A DNA stretch of 56,283 bases, filler included, from Platydemus manokwari (taxonomy: Eukaryota), in assembly GCA_037951405.1 (NCBI GenBank). It is 5 parts of 5 records of this genome, joined end to end, with 100 filler letters (N's around TTAATTAATTAA, not from the genome) between each part and the next. Parts side by side here need not be neighbours in the genome. Positions count along the whole stretch, not along the records: positions 1 to 14,001 come from JBBMOY011552522.1; 4 more parts are not named here. One strand, written 5' to 3'. Of the stretch, positions 1-14,101 are shown piece after piece. The position numbers and the translations under genes were made by a program. Positions within the stretch are counted from its first letter, which is position 1. Each line of letters opens with the position of its first letter. The notes below the pieces were generated by a model, which saw only the letters and a program-made list of their open reading frames with translations, was not told the origin of the DNA and did not search any database.

Positions 1-499
1 TGGTGAGAGAAATTCTCTCTGAATAAATTTATTAATGCAGAGAAAATATCTCTCGATTAAATTTAATCGAGTGATATATTTTATTCTGCTACAGAATTTT
101 CATGAGCAGAAACAGATGACAATTTATTTTTCGCTGTTAATGCGCGATATCTCATTACATATTGATATTTTATAAATTAATTTATTTTTTAGGGGATTTC
201 GACGGATTTTCAATTGGGGATTTTATTATATATCAATTTTATTATACATCAATATTTTGAACAGATCTTTTCTCCAGAAAACGAGGGTCATAAAAAATAC
301 ACATTAATAAAAAATAAAAATTAATTCAATAAAAATCAATACACATTCGATACGTACTGTCATGCACACATTTTTCAATGTAAATCAATTGTTTTTTAAT
401 TAACTAGTTGGGCCAGAACCCCAACATAAGTACCTGCATTTCACACTTATATAATCAAAAATCAAATAATTGTCTTGAAATTTTGAGACAATAAATTCC

Positions 500-2100
500 T
501 GTGACGCATAAATATTTTTAAAAAAATCTAAACTTCTCTGGCAAAATGGGAACATGGTTGTTTAGATTCCTCGTCAAAAGTAGAAACGACCAATCACTCC
601 ATGGACTCAGCAAGAAAATATTTTCACCAAAACTCAATACCATCATCTTGCTATTAATTTCATGACTTTGATAAACAGGTTTTCGTTATATCGTGTAAAC
701 TTACATGTATATTTGACTTGATTTTTATTTTATTCATTGTTAATCTCTGATATTTTGAAAATTTCCAATGATCATATTAATTAAAATGTTAAGTATGAAA
801 ATTTCTTGGAGAAGTGATGGCCTTGGGTATTGGAACCCTGGTTCTGTATTTTACAAACGTATACTTACACAGTCACACAAAAATAATGACCAACCTATCA
901 GATACATCATGGATTCAATATTTCAGTTTGTCAAGAAATATGTCTACACAACAGCACATACACAAGGATTAATCAATCCCAGAAAGGACTAATTTAGAAA
1001 CATGAATCATATAAACCGAATGTTGAATAAAATTTTACCATAGAAAACACATACAAACTCTAATTATAAAATGATGAATCAAAAATGGCCTATTGTTAGT
1101 TAGTACTCACTATAGCTATGATATTCTTATTATTTTGCTATTTCAAAGCCTATTAATGTGAAATTATTTTTAATTTTGTCGAATAACCAATTCAAGACAA
1201 TCAGAGAGAGAATTATTGTACTGTTTCGAATTCTGTGCTCGGTAGCATTTTGTTCTGGAGTCTTCAATCATAGTTTTGGTTAAATTTTCTTTGTGTTTTG
1301 AAAATTGCTATGATAAGCATTTAGACATCATGAAATCTTTGATGTATTTCTTCTAAATGGCTAAAATTTAGGTTAATAAACGTCATACATAATTCATAAA
1401 TTGATGATTTAATCTGTGTGTAAGATGGCAACAATAACTTCAGACATTGTATAGATGCTGTTCTAATATTTAACACGCTACATTTATATGAACTAATTGT
1501 TGGTGTTTTCGAGTTCAATACTATCTTACAGCAATCATTGATAAGAATGACAATAAAATATAATAGCAAATATATTATTTATTTTTCGTTTGTTAAAGAT
1601 ACTTCAGGAACTGACATTCACTATTGCTAAATATATCACAAACGTTATGAAACAATGAATAAACATTCGGCTAAACAAATTATAAAATCTACTTTAGAAA
1701 TAATAGACTGTCGATACGAACGATAATGTATTCATATTTATGCAATCCATAACTCCTGAATAATCACAATATCATTGAACCGGATATTCTATTTAATTGA
1801 TTACAGACGTCATTGAAGTACAAATGCTTGTTTTATTTTCAAAGAAAAAATTCCCATTGCAAATAAGCTCGTGCTTGACAATATAATAGACGATATAGTA
1901 GATAACAATTATCGTAGTTCTCTTGTATATAAATAATTTTTATCCAAGCCATCAATTTTCAAATCGGCTTTAATAATGAAGTTCAAAAAATAGATTCCAT
2001 CGATTGTTGAGAACCAAAAATGAGGTTGTTTTTCATTGATGATTTTATGATGATGTTCCCAACGTATGTGATTATACAATTCGAAAATGTTGCTGTTTTG
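500..2100 (-). mobile_element. Possible highly decayed hAT transposase relic
   Basis: Fragments such as IVLNSKTPTIS and FSHLEEIHQRFHDV resemble hAT transposase segments. Many stops and no termini found. Confidence 0.25.
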
Positions 2101-2852
2101 TAATCAATATGATAATAATTAAAGATGAGAATATCAAACAAAATATTAAAATAATATGTATATACTTTCGAGACAAATCAATTAAATAAATCATTCTAAT
2201 TAATTGATGGAATTATTTTTGAAAAACATCTAGGAAAAGATATTTATTGCTTCTTATTAGATTGAAGGAAACCCTCGTTTATTTGAAATGGCGATGAGAT
2301 TTGTAAATAAATTATATTTGGAAAGTTAAATATCAAAAAATGGTTATAGAAATAATATTAAATAGTAATAATTATTATTAATAATTTTTACTTGTTCTCA
2401 AAAACACTTCGTTGATAAAAATAACAGAATGAGTATAATGTTTATTTTGCTCCAAATTTATAAGTTTTTATGCAGCATTCCTCTTTCTAACCGCCAATCC
2501 CTCTTAACAGCTGTAAGCCGCTACTATTTTGAATCCATGAAAAACGAACTGAAAAGTCACGATATCAAATTACATTTAAATATAATTATTTAAACAAATT
2601 AATTTGATTTTATACAACAAAATTATACAGAATTAAATTTTATATAAAATCAAATTTTAGACGAAATTAAATATTTAAAAAATTGTAATTCCATTTAGTA
2701 ATGCTGACAACCGCCACATTTTTTTCAATGGTAAAAATATTTTAAAAGTTCATTGGATTGTTTTTCTTTATTATTTTTCTAATAAAAAAAACTCCACATT
2801 TGGGAATTTGGAAAAATATGGAGGTAATCAGGAGAAATACTGTACACGTTGA

Positions 2853-3350
2853 CAGGATTTTAAAAATGATGCTGGTGATGATTTTTAAAAGATTTTATAT
2901 TTTTTTTTATGAAAAAATAGGTATTTGTTTAAATATAATTTTATGTCGTTGCTTTTTAGCCATTTTCAATGAGTGTTTTATAAAATAATAATGACTTACA
3001 TGGTGACCAAGCATTGTGGATTGGATTCAGATAAGGTCTGTGGCATGGAAGTATGGGAGAAAAAAGCGAAGGCATAAAGAAAATATAGATAAAATAGATA
3101 GAAGACATAAAAATTTTTATATAGATAAATATCTGGATAATTTGATACAGAGATAATTAAGAATTCACAGAAAATCAAAAAATTTTAAACAGGTGGATAA
3201 CAGGATTTTAAAATGATGATGGTGATTTTTAAAGGATTTTATATTTTGTATGAAAAATATTTATTTGTTTAAATAATATCATTTAAATATACTTTTGTGT
3301 TGTGACTTTCCAGTCGTTTTCAATGTGTGTTTATAAAATAGTATCGACTT
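2853..3350 (+). repeat. Local diverged direct repeat, ~150 bp x2 (2853-2997 and 3200-3350)
   Basis: Both copies run ACAGGATTTTAAAA..TGATG.TGGTGAT...TTTTCAATG.GTGTTT.ATAAAATA.TA..GACTT. Confidence 0.75.
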
Positions 3351-4691
3351 GCGTGCACTAAAATATTTCTTGATAAAAAAATAATTGTCTTCAAAACAGT
3401 CTCTTCAAGCTAGAGTTTAGAAAATAAGAAAAACTTTACGTATGGAAATAAGTAAGAAAGCCCGAAGAAGTAGTCAATTTTCATTCTCTTCTTTTCTAAT
3501 TGACTTATGAACATATGTACTCACCAAGTCTGGTTGCTTCTTTTATATGTTTAATTCGTCTTTATGAAACTACGCATTCCTTGGGTCTTCTTATCTTGAT
3601 TTTAAAAAGGATGTGGGGACTTTTTTATCGCCTCTTATTTTATACTTAACTAAGTTAACTTGATTTAATATAAATGCCCATGAACAATAAGAGATAACCA
3701 AGGATTTGATTCGTTATTAAAATGTGTTTCCCGATAAACTTTCCTAATGATTCAATTTCTAGCAAATTAACCCTTCATTATTTGTGCCTCTACAAATTTC
3801 TCGTTCTCAGTCGATTGTTTTTATCAGTTTTTTGTCTTGAAACATTTAGCTTCTCATTAAAATAATGGTCAAATTAAGGCCATTGAGTTAAAAAAAATAC
3901 TTTGTTTATTATTTATTAAACAATGTTATATATATAAGATAATTTTAAGATGAAGACTCATCACTTGCTTAAGACTCAAAAGAATGTGTTTTGTTCTGAA
4001 ATGTCATCTCAACACATCATATGGACAAAAAAGAATTTTATTGATGAGCATTTTAATTAACTAGAGTTGAAAATTTTAATCAATCGTTTTCACCAGAATA
4101 CATGTCGATCAAAGAATAAGAAATCCAATGATAAAATGAGAGATAAATGGTAACATTTACAAAAAATCGATGTGCTCCATGAAGAAGTGAAAATGGTAAT
4201 GAGATAAGTGAATAAATTCATACGAATTAATTCATCCAAACGATGAAAACAAATGTCAACTACGAAAATAAAACAAATCGATAATCGTTGATAGAGTTGA
4301 CCTGAGAATTTCTACAAATGCAGACTATAACCGTTGGAACAATTCTATGAGTTATTTTCTACTTGAAATCGATTTATGTTTGCCGATGCACGCATCAAAT
4401 CTATTACGAGCGTTTGTACTTTTATTTATTATTTACCGAGTGTCATCATTTTTTATCATTTTCAACTCGCGTTTTTGGATTACTCTGTTTTTGGTTTTCT
4501 TTCCTTCAATAATAGACAAATATGCTTTATATTTTGGTCGTAAATAATAATAATTAAAATAATTTGTTTTTTTAATTAATTGGTTATAATTTAATTAGTT
4601 AATTAATTAATATTTCCTTCTAATCGTTTGTTTGAGCAATTGATTTAATAAATTATTATTTTTTCATAAACTAATTATTGAGACTGTCAGG

Positions 4692-4863
4692 CTGTTTATA
4701 TATTATATATTAATTTATTATTGTGACCATCAATCTGTTTATATATTATATATTTATTTATTATTGTGACTATCAATTTGTTTATATATTATATATTAAT
4801 TTATTATTGTGACTATCAATCTGTTTATATATTATATATTTATTTATTATTGTCACTATCATT
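4692..4863. repeat. Minisatellite, 43-bp unit x4
   Basis: Unit CTGTTTATATATTATATATT(A/T)ATTTATTATTGTGACTATCAAT starts at 4692, 4735, 4778 and 4821. Confidence 0.92.
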
Positions 4864-5594
4864 GCTTATGTTTTATATATTTATTTATTAATGTTTTTTT
4901 AATTCGAGTTAGCATATGAGAATGATTAGATTCCACTGTTTTGACCTCAAAACAGTCCCAATGCAAACCCCATAGTGAATTCAGTGAAAATATAGTCCAT
5001 TTAAAGTATCTCACAATGTTTAGGTATAAAATCCAAGCAAATGATTTCATTATCTTTTTTGTTGTCGAAATAAAATAAATTTCTCTAAAATTTTGAATAA
5101 TCACTTATAACATTTAGGAGATTCGAGCAAATCTCATTTCTATAAAACAAAAAAAGGAAAAGCCATTCCTAGTTATTAGAAATTAAAAATCGCTAATAAA
5201 TGATAATGGGTGTTTGATTTCCATTTATCTCCTTGGTGTAATTTAACGTCAATGGAAAATGTTTATTCTGGTGAAATAAGGACCAATCAGTCTTCAGTTA
5301 TTTGGTTATAAATTTTCTTGGTCGCCTCATACCATCACAAATATCCATGTTGAACGGGATTTGTACTATAATGCATGATATCATTTTGGACTTTCGTTAT
5401 GTACCTTTAATGATTATAATAATATTCAACATAGCTGTCATGATCAATGACTTAGTAAAGTCACGTGATTATAAAAAATACAGAATAGGAAAATGCGTTA
5501 TTAAACTGTAAAAGTGTTTAGAAAAATGAAAACTTCCGACCAAAATAATTAAACAAAGGCGATTCAAGTCAAATTCTAAACATTGGTTATAAAT

Positions 5595-5974
5595 CAGTGG
5601 TTCTCAACCCCGGGGTCGGCAAGCATTTTTAAATGTTCGCCGAGTTATGGTAGGTGTACAAACCATTTCATGTGAAAAATCGTGTTTTATGATGCTGTTA
5701 AATAAATAGTTTATGATGTTGATTAAACTACTTCTGTTCACAATTACCTTGACTACTACAGTTAAGTATTTTATAGGTAATGTTATTATCTGATAACCTT
5801 AATATTATAATAGGTTATTCATTACTTGTTCTAAATCAATGGACTGCGGCAAATTGGTTTTATTAAATATGGTGAGTTATGACTTATTTTGAGTAGTATT
5901 GATTTTCTTTGGAGCCGTTAAGATCTTAAAAATGGGGAAATGGGTCACCGTAGAAAAAAGGTTGAGAACCGCTA
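5595..5974. mobile_element. Non-autonomous hAT (Charlie-type) element/MITE, 380 bp
   Basis: TIRs CAGTGGTTCTCAACC and GGTTGAGAACCGCTA match 13 of 15. The 8-bp flanks TTATAAAT / CTTTAAAT match 6 of 8. No ORF. Confidence 0.8.
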
Positions 5975-6025
5975 CTTTAAATCATCAAGGAATAACATCA
6001 TATTATAAATGCTCAGCATAACATG

Positions 6026-7142
6026 CAGGATGTCCCAATCCAAGTTCCCCATGCAAAATCTTCATGAACTTGTGGAATATTTAAAAATACTTTTCGTTGC
6101 TTCTCGATAACTTATACTAATGTCATAAATTCAAATTCTTTTGATTATTGATTGGAGATTAAGGTGGGTTTCCTCGATTTCAGTCATATTACGACGACAT
6201 CAAATGAAACAAATTTTCAGCAGATCAATTGATCACCAGTTAATTCCTTTTACAAATAGAGAGATCCGAATTAATTGGAAGTATTGACGAAAAACTACGC
6301 GTTGCTAATGGTTTGAATGATATTTGTGATACTTACTCCAAATTATACGGATATAAATATCTTGGGATTTCAAAATCTTCGGTTCATCGCATTCTTACAA
6401 TGAACTTCTACCTGAAAGGCTATCACTTTTCTAAGCGTCAAACACTTACTCAACGATTGAGATTCAATGAATATCCCATCGCTTTATTACAACAAGATTC
6501 TCAACTGGCGGATAAGATTACGTAAGCAGATGAATTCAAGTTCTGGATTAATTGATCAGATAATCATCACAACTGTGTTCAATCTTCCAATAAAAATCAA
6601 AATCGTCTTCATATGAAATAGACGGATCCACTCGGAGTCACTATTTTGGCGAGAATTTCGGTAAAAAGAGTTACTGCGTCCTAATTCTTCTGGAAAATCG
6701 TCTTCTGAAAAAATTATCTCTACCTATTTCAAAACGTCTTCCCATATGTTGTAGAGGTCTTGGTTGTCCTCAAGCAAGTTGGAGCTCCAAGACATTTCTG
6801 AAGACCAATCATCATCTACTTGAACCACAGTTTTCCAAACCATTAAATAGGTCAGCGAGGAAGTCTTTTAGAGTGGTTCAAGAGATTACCCAACTTAACG
6901 TCGTGTAATTTCTTTTTGTGGAGTTATGTACAAGAAGTGATGTATCTCAATCATCCTCAAGCCTTGAATCAACTTGATAATAGAATTCACAACACATTCC
7001 ACTACACAAGACAGATGTTAGTTCAAAAAAGGTATGCTTGCGAGTGAATTTGCCTTTGTTTTAATTTAAATAGCGGACATTTTGAAAATAAAAATTATGA
7101 AAATCAAATGAGACATGAAGGTGTTCGTCATGTGACACCTTG
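6026..7142 (+). mobile_element. Decayed Tc1/mariner-superfamily transposon (maT/DD37D-like) with a pseudogenised transposase
   Basis: Broken frames keep ordered motifs: ISKSSVHRIL (HTH), DE, QVGAPRH (QDGAPxH), LPNLTSCNFFLWSYV (SPDLTPxDFFLWGY) and GHFEN. Weak TIR remnants CAGGATGTC / GACACCTTG, so the ends are approximate. Confidence 0.8.
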
Positions 7143-9269
7143 TTTATTGTTGAGTGAAGTAATAAACAAATTGTTTACAGCACAAAAATCCCAATTTTTG
7201 AGATTTGATAGAAATAATTCCCTTGTATGAATGATGGCACACGTGTGCATTGCATTTTTAAGGGCTTCATACTTTACCGGGAAGATTATTCTTTCTTATT
7301 TGATTTTAATGATATTTTCGTCGGACTTTCGAGATAAATGTTTTCAATATCCTAATAAAATATGGTAAAATTCAAAAACTGTTTTATAGTAAAAGTTAGC
7401 ACAAAATTCAGTCACATCATTGAAAAATATTTATAGACAAATATAAATACGTATAAATATAAATATAAATATCTATAGATAGACATCGCAAAACTCATCA
7501 ATTAATTTCAAATCGGAATCTGATAAACCGTGATAAAAATTTTGATAAACTTCTTCCACATAAAACCTTGACTTCCTTTATCATTATCTCGTCAATTGTG
7601 ATAGATCTCTATTTTCTGTGACATTTTCTTGGTAAATATTTATTCGGAACAATACACATGTCTTATTCTTGTTTGTTTATATTAAGTTGGAAACTATTTA
7701 TAACGTAAGGATATTGACTATCGATATAAATATAATCTTGTAAACAAATATGGTTCTGCTTTGGATGAAGGTCAATGAAAACTTATAAGTTCTCAGAGCT
7801 ATATTCGATGTTAGTCACGGAAATTCACGATTTCCATGACAATGAACGCTTATAATTCCATACTACAAAATACCGAAGTATTCGAGATATGAAACTATAT
7901 TGAATTATGAGCTCAAAATAATTAGCTAAGTCAATATTTAATTAAATAATATTTATGCTATATGATATAAGAATTTTGTCTCAATTTCATTGCTTATATT
8001 TTCGCTCGCTTGTGTACCTAGTAGTTTAATTTATTAACTCCGTAACTATGTGACAATAAATAATAATAATAATAATATATTCATTTTATCATTAAACAAG
8101 CGTCATAATATCTATCAACAATTGATTATCGATTCGTATACATTGATAAGTATTGTTTATTTTCTATTTATAACAAGATAATTAAGGTAATTTAAACCCT
8201 AAATATCGTCAATTTCAAGTTGAAAACAATGCAAAATAATTCTCCTGTATAAAATAGATGAATGGATATTATTCACGATTTGATAATTTGGAAGTTGTGA
8301 AATATCGTTACGTGGAAATCTCAGATTGTTATTCCAATACAATAATTGTCAAAAATGACTGCTATTCCTGTCATTTGACAAGAGATTTACTATTTGATAA
8401 TCACTATCAGACTTCTGTGACAGTGAAATCGAATTTCGATTCTTGTAATGTGTAAATCACTGATGAAACGTGGTCGAACAAGTTTAGTCGTAACAGATAT
8501 TTTCCATAGTAATTAAAACCAATCCAATTTGTCCATCATTTATTGCCCACCACCTGTAAACAATTCATTCACTTCAAATTACTCTGGAGGCACACATACA
8601 CACACAGCTGTATATGCGGACGCACAATTCCATCGATAAACAAACTCAGAGAACGATCAAATCAGGTGGCTACCTAACGAAAATATTATTTTTCGCTCAG
8701 TAATTTGCATCTGTAGGTACAAATCTATTGATTTTTCCATTTGTAATAATGTCGGTGATGCATACACACGGAAACACACACACATTTATTTATCAACTGG
8801 TAGTAGTGATTTATAGGCAGTTAAATCAATGAAGACAATGAAATGATCTAATCAATGACGAATTGATATTATTAAATCATAGATCAAGAGATTTATCTTA
8901 ACGTTATTAAAAATATTCAGTATTAGAAAAAAAAACAAAGAAAATAATCGATTGTTAACCAGCTGGAAAATATAAAATCATACGGAATTGAAGCGTTGAT
9001 TAACACTACTATTTCATAAAGTTCTGTGCTAATTTTCCACCTGAACCCAAAATACCAACCGTTCACCTATCAATTCGATGATCCATCTAATTACATCAAT
9101 CAAGAACTTCAATGTTAGTGAATAAACATTAATGATAACTTAGATTCCATATCATTGGAAATGTTTATAGAAATTCGTTTAATTGCGATAACCTCAAAAA
9201 ATTTGTAAAAATGTTCAAAGTACAAATAAAATATTTCAAAATAATCGATGGGTTTATCGTGCTAATTAA

Positions 9270-9672
9270 TAATAATTCAATATTATTATAATTCAATATT
9301 TTTATAATTTAATGTTATTATGATTCAAGATTATTATAATTCAACATCATAATTTAATATTATTATAATTAAATATTATTATAATTTAATATTAACGATA
9401 TTATTATAATTCAATATTATTATAATTTAATATTATTATAATTTAATATCATTATAATTTAATATTATTATAATTTAATATTATTATAATTTAATACTAT
9501 TATAATTTAATATTATTATAATTTAATATTATTATAATTTAATATTATTATAATTGAATATTAATGATATTATTAAAATTCAATATCATTATAATTCAAT
9601 ATTATTATAATTTATTATTATTATTTAATATTATTAATATTGAATATTAATGATATTATTATAATTCAATGA
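9270..9672. repeat. AT-rich minisatellite, ~16-bp unit TT(T/C)AATATTATTATAA, >20 copies
   Basis: Directly visible tandem array downstream of the septin stop. The unit is partly self-complementary. Confidence 0.9.
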
Positions 9673-9873
9673 ATCATTAATTGATAAAATATTAATATCA
9701 ATGAAACTAAATGAAAATCAATAATGAAAAATCAATAAAAATCGAATGACATTTATTATTACAAAATAATACTCAATATATAAACACATGCTGCTGACAG
9801 AAATGTGATAAGAGAATCTGCATCACTTTCATGCAAGAAGCTCACAAACGAAACCACGACAGGCCAGCAATTA

Positions 9874-12800
9874 TCATTTCAATAACCATTTGCTTTTGTT
9901 TTTATTTTTATCTTTGATATCCAATGTGTCCATCGACGCTCGGAAATTCGAATCTCGATTCAATTCTTCCCACTTCAATCGCTGAGATTCGAATTGATTG
10001 CGCTTGTTTTCGATGTCTCGAATTTCCATTTCAAGTTGAGCTTGCATCTCGCGTTCGCTTCGTTCGATATTATTTTGGAATTCCTCGAGCTTTTTCGTTT
10101 TTTCGGTGACCTTAAATGAAAACATGATCGATAAATTGACCTGGACACCACAACCCGAAACCAACCTTCTGTTCGAACAAATGGTGCATGTCTTCTTCCA
10201 TTTTGCGGATCTTGGTTTCGAATTCTCGTCGTTCAACATCCATTTGGCTCATTGGATCTTTGCCATCGGCCACACCGAATTGGCCTTCCTTGGCAAAATT
10301 GACCATTTGTTCACATCGATAATTCTCGAACAGAATCTGATCGGTAGTGTCCTTGATATCTTGCAAATGAGAGCTCAATAGCAATGTTCGTAGAGCGGAA
10401 AAATCATTGTGTTCCAAGTTGTCAACCTCAACAACACCCCATGGATATGATCGACCTCGGACCTTATTACCACCCTTATCGATAATTGTATTACTGCAAA
10501 CAATTGCAAACGGCTGGCGTTTTCTTTTCACAGTAATATCTTTCCAGTTCGTTTCACGACCTTTACCAAGTGATACACCCAAAGAAATAGCAGCAGCTTC
10601 TTCGGGAAAATCGTAAATCTTGATCCCATTCATCTTGATTTGTTGGAGAATGGTCTTTTTAAATTCAGCGCATTCATCAGGAATCAAGGTATCGGCTTTA
10701 GCGATTATTGGAATAATATTAACTTTCGAATGGATTCGTTTCATGAATTCAAGATCCAACGATTTCAAACCGTGCCCGGTGGGCTCAATGAAATACAAAC
10801 AAGCATGAACTCGATTGTCGACCACTCGATTACGATCCACACGATTTTGAGCATGCATATAATCATTATATTTGGATTCGATATATTTCAATACTGGATT
10901 CCAACAATCGGAATTATTAACCGACTCACCGAATCCAGGCGTGTCTATCAATGTTAGTTTTAATTGAACAGCGTTTTCAGTTATGCAAACTGTTGTCGTG
11001 TTCACTTGGATTGTTTTAGGATTTTTTTTCGATGGTGGCTGAAGAAATATTTGATATGCACATTGGTTTGTATATGAATGTGTATGATTGAATCATATGA
11101 TTTGTTATCAAAATTAATTAGCACAATAATTGATGGATATATTATCGAATAATTATAGAAGAAATGTATTAGCCATAATATATGAGATATAAACGCATAT
11201 ATTAAAGATATATTTAAAAATATATTATTGTATGATGCCAGTTGTTTTTTATTGATATTTCTGGGGGGGGGGGAATACATCTTATATATAATACAAATAT
11301 ACATTAAATTTACGCATATGTACAGAGAGAAATTTTGAGATAATTATATGGATCAATTGAAGAATTTCCCCGATTGAACTTCGTTGATCCAATAAACCAA
11401 GTTCATACGCAACATGCTGAGTATTACTGGAACAAACACAAGCCTCAAATAAAAAATATGCATGGGTGTCGAAGAGAATTTTTACACTCATGCATATCAG
11501 AATTTATGTGGAGCGGCCGATTTGGTGTAAATGGATTTGCAAATCTATGCCAACACATTGCTTTGCAATATCCTCAATAAATAAATTGGATTAAGATTTG
11601 ACTTTTTTTGATGTAATATTTGGTTTATTTTTTATTAATTTTTGGGAAGGGAACTCTTTAATTGATTAATATAGGGGGATTCTTCAATTGATCCAGTTAT
11701 ATATAATGAAATGTAATATATTTCTGCAAATATTTATCAATCAATTGATTATTGAGAACTCTTTCTAATTCCATCCCTATATAATAATAAAATCAGTGTG
11801 TCAGTAGATACATTTACAAGAATGCACTGATGGATAAATTTCATTCAGGACATTTCCGATCGATATTCATGAAAAAATATATCCAAATATAAACTCCATT
11901 ATATCTCATATATTTTAAAATCTGTGGTATATATATATTAAAATTTCGGTAGCTATTTTTATCATTTTTTCTCATTGGATGAAGCCATAACATATTAATA
12001 TTTTAATATAATTCATCACATATTATTCAAGTTTATGTTATCAGCTCACTGGATATAAATTTTTTTGAATAAATGGAATCCCAAATATAACTGGATGGAA
12101 ATATTATTATGATTTGATTTAAAAGTTTCACCCGATTTTATAAGATAAACGAATGTAAGTTTTCAATGAATTTTATTGTATGGTGAATGAGAACTACGAG
12201 CACACTGATAACTGTGAATGAACTAAAGATGCACCAATGATTAATACGAAAGAAACCATTCACTATATATAAATAATTCAATAAATATTTCATCAGAGAT
12301 AATTCTATAAATACAAATGAGAATTTATAATCAATAATTATATTTCATAGAACTGTTATTTTAGATTTTCTTTCAATGAAAAAATTAGAAAAATAATCAC
12401 AAAAATATCATAAAAAATATAATATTAGTAAGTAGTGATTGGATAAAATAAAATATATAATTTCTAGAGATAATCGTTCCGAATGATTACATCAGAAATA
12501 CATCGTTATCAATGCATATCACTTTTAAATATCTCAGTTATTGTTTGAATATTAATGATAGTGCTGAAGTTCGGTTTTATCATATCAACACAACATCGTG
12601 GTTCAATTATTAAACAGAGCACCCCGAAATATTATTAATCACTATGAATCTATTGTTTGTCACAAAATATATATATATATATTTATTAATGATTCATCAT
12701 CGATTTATGATATTCTACAAGATATGGAAAAAATCATTTTCACTGATGAATCATTGGTGTTTTCAATTGACCAATGAAATTGCAGCAAAAAAAATCTGAT

Positions 12801-13698
12801 TCAGATTCATTTATCACTTGTTTGAATCACTTTTTAATAACTGTTTCCACTGTATCATCGTAGTAATGCAAGATTCGCAAACGATCAAATCATTGATTGC
12901 AATCACTACTGTGTGCAATCGTGATGAATGCAAACGAAACTCTAGCTTATATTGAATTACTTGACATTATTTTGCATAGATATTAGTAGCCGCAACCTAT
13001 AAAATATCGAGAAAAGGATGCCATTGCCAATCATAATGTTTAATGATGCAAAGAGCGATTGACATTAGCAATTTTTTTTTACATTTTTTTAACATTTACC
13101 TACAGAAATCATGACAACTTTTAATGTTTATTTAAATGTTTAATGATGATTAATACCTAGGTATGATTTTAAGACCAACAATTTTAGTCACTTGATTAAA
13201 AAATAATAACCAAATAAGTTATATTAATTTGAATAAACACTTACCAAATTTTCATTATTATATAATTCGGTGAGAAATAAATTATTAACGAAAGTTGATT
13301 TTCCCAGTCCCGAACAACCAACCACCATCAAGTTAAACTCGAAACCATTGAAAAGTGATCTGCGATATATTTGATCTGGAAGATTTTCAAATCCAATGTT
13401 TTTAACCACTCTAATATTTTTATTATCTTAATAAAAAATATTGTTTAATACATCCTAATAATGTGACTTTTATACCAATGAGTGGTTTAAGTTTAGATTG
13501 CTTTATCTCTACGGAATTATTCAATTCTGAGTTTACTATGGGCTTATTTACTGTTTGTTCTTGATTTGCATTTGTATTAGAATTGCTACCTTTTCGTTCA
13601 TAAGGTCTTTCGATCGGTGGTTTTGTAATTTTTGGTGGGGTAATGGTATTTTCCTTGTTAGTAATACCGTTTACCGTTTCTTCCTTATTGCGCTGCAT
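9874..13698 (-). CDS. SEPT7: Septin, SEPT7/peanut group; complete, 4 coding exons, ~504 aa
   Basis: Exons 13698-13476, 13426-13245, 11038-10166 and 10110-9874 join in frame through GT-AG introns of 49, 2206 and 55 nt. Septin motifs: [13 protein letters not shown]-loop [28 protein letters not shown] and the septin unique element GRSYPWG. The C-terminal coiled coil LFEQKVTEK and basic tail resemble SEPT7. A probable 47-nt 5'UTR intron (13745-13699) ends directly before the ATG. Confidence 0.93.
11350..11694 (+). mobile_element. Merlin (IS1595/ISXO2-related) DNA transposon, internally deleted, 345 bp, inside the long septin intron
   Basis: Perfect 16-bp TIR GGATCAATTGAAGAAT / ATTCTTCAATTGATCC. 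The 8-bp flanks AATTATAT / AGTTATAT match 7 of 8, consistent with a TSD. The residual [27 protein letters not shown] matches the Merlin transposase C-terminus. Confidence 0.88.
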
Positions 13699-14001
13699 CT
13701 AAAACAAAATGTTTAGTAAAATAATGGAATAATATAAAATATTACGTTTGATTAAAATTTTTAAAAAATTAAATAAATGCCAAACAGAAGTACTTAAATA
13801 AAATTTCAAAATGAGCGATATTTGAAATTGAATATTTAAACATTTTAACAAATTATTTTAAATAAACATATTTTCTTGAAATGACATAAAAACGATATAT
13901 ATGTAAATCATTTGTATTTATCAATATTTAAATATTAGTCTTGATGTATTAAGTGGAATCAATTAAATAAATTTTGTAAATCATAATACAGTGAAAGGAC
14001 C

Positions 14002-14101
14002 NNNNNNNNNNNNNNNNNNNNNNNNNNNNNNNNNNNNNNNNNNNNTTAATTAATTAANNNNNNNNNNNNNNNNNNNNNNNNNNNNNNNNNNNNNNNNNNN
14101 N
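14002..14101. other. Artificial assembly linker (44N-TTAATTAATTAA-44N)
   Basis: Exactly 100 nt; the 12-mer has stops in all six frames. Confidence 0.98.

Noticed and set aside
4692-9672. Tandem arrays as CRISPR-like loci
   Set aside because: No unique spacers, no cas genes and a eukaryotic context; these are simple minisatellites.
10111-10165. Apparent frameshift between septin ORFs 10112-11005 and 9874-10239 (likewise bestrophin 55226/55428 and ORFs 48331/46760)
   Set aside because: Each is resolved by a 49-55 nt GT-AG intron; no recoding or pseudogene needs to be invoked.
9924-10957. Plus-strand ORFs overlapping the septin exons
   Set aside because: Antisense shadow frames with no recognisable motifs.
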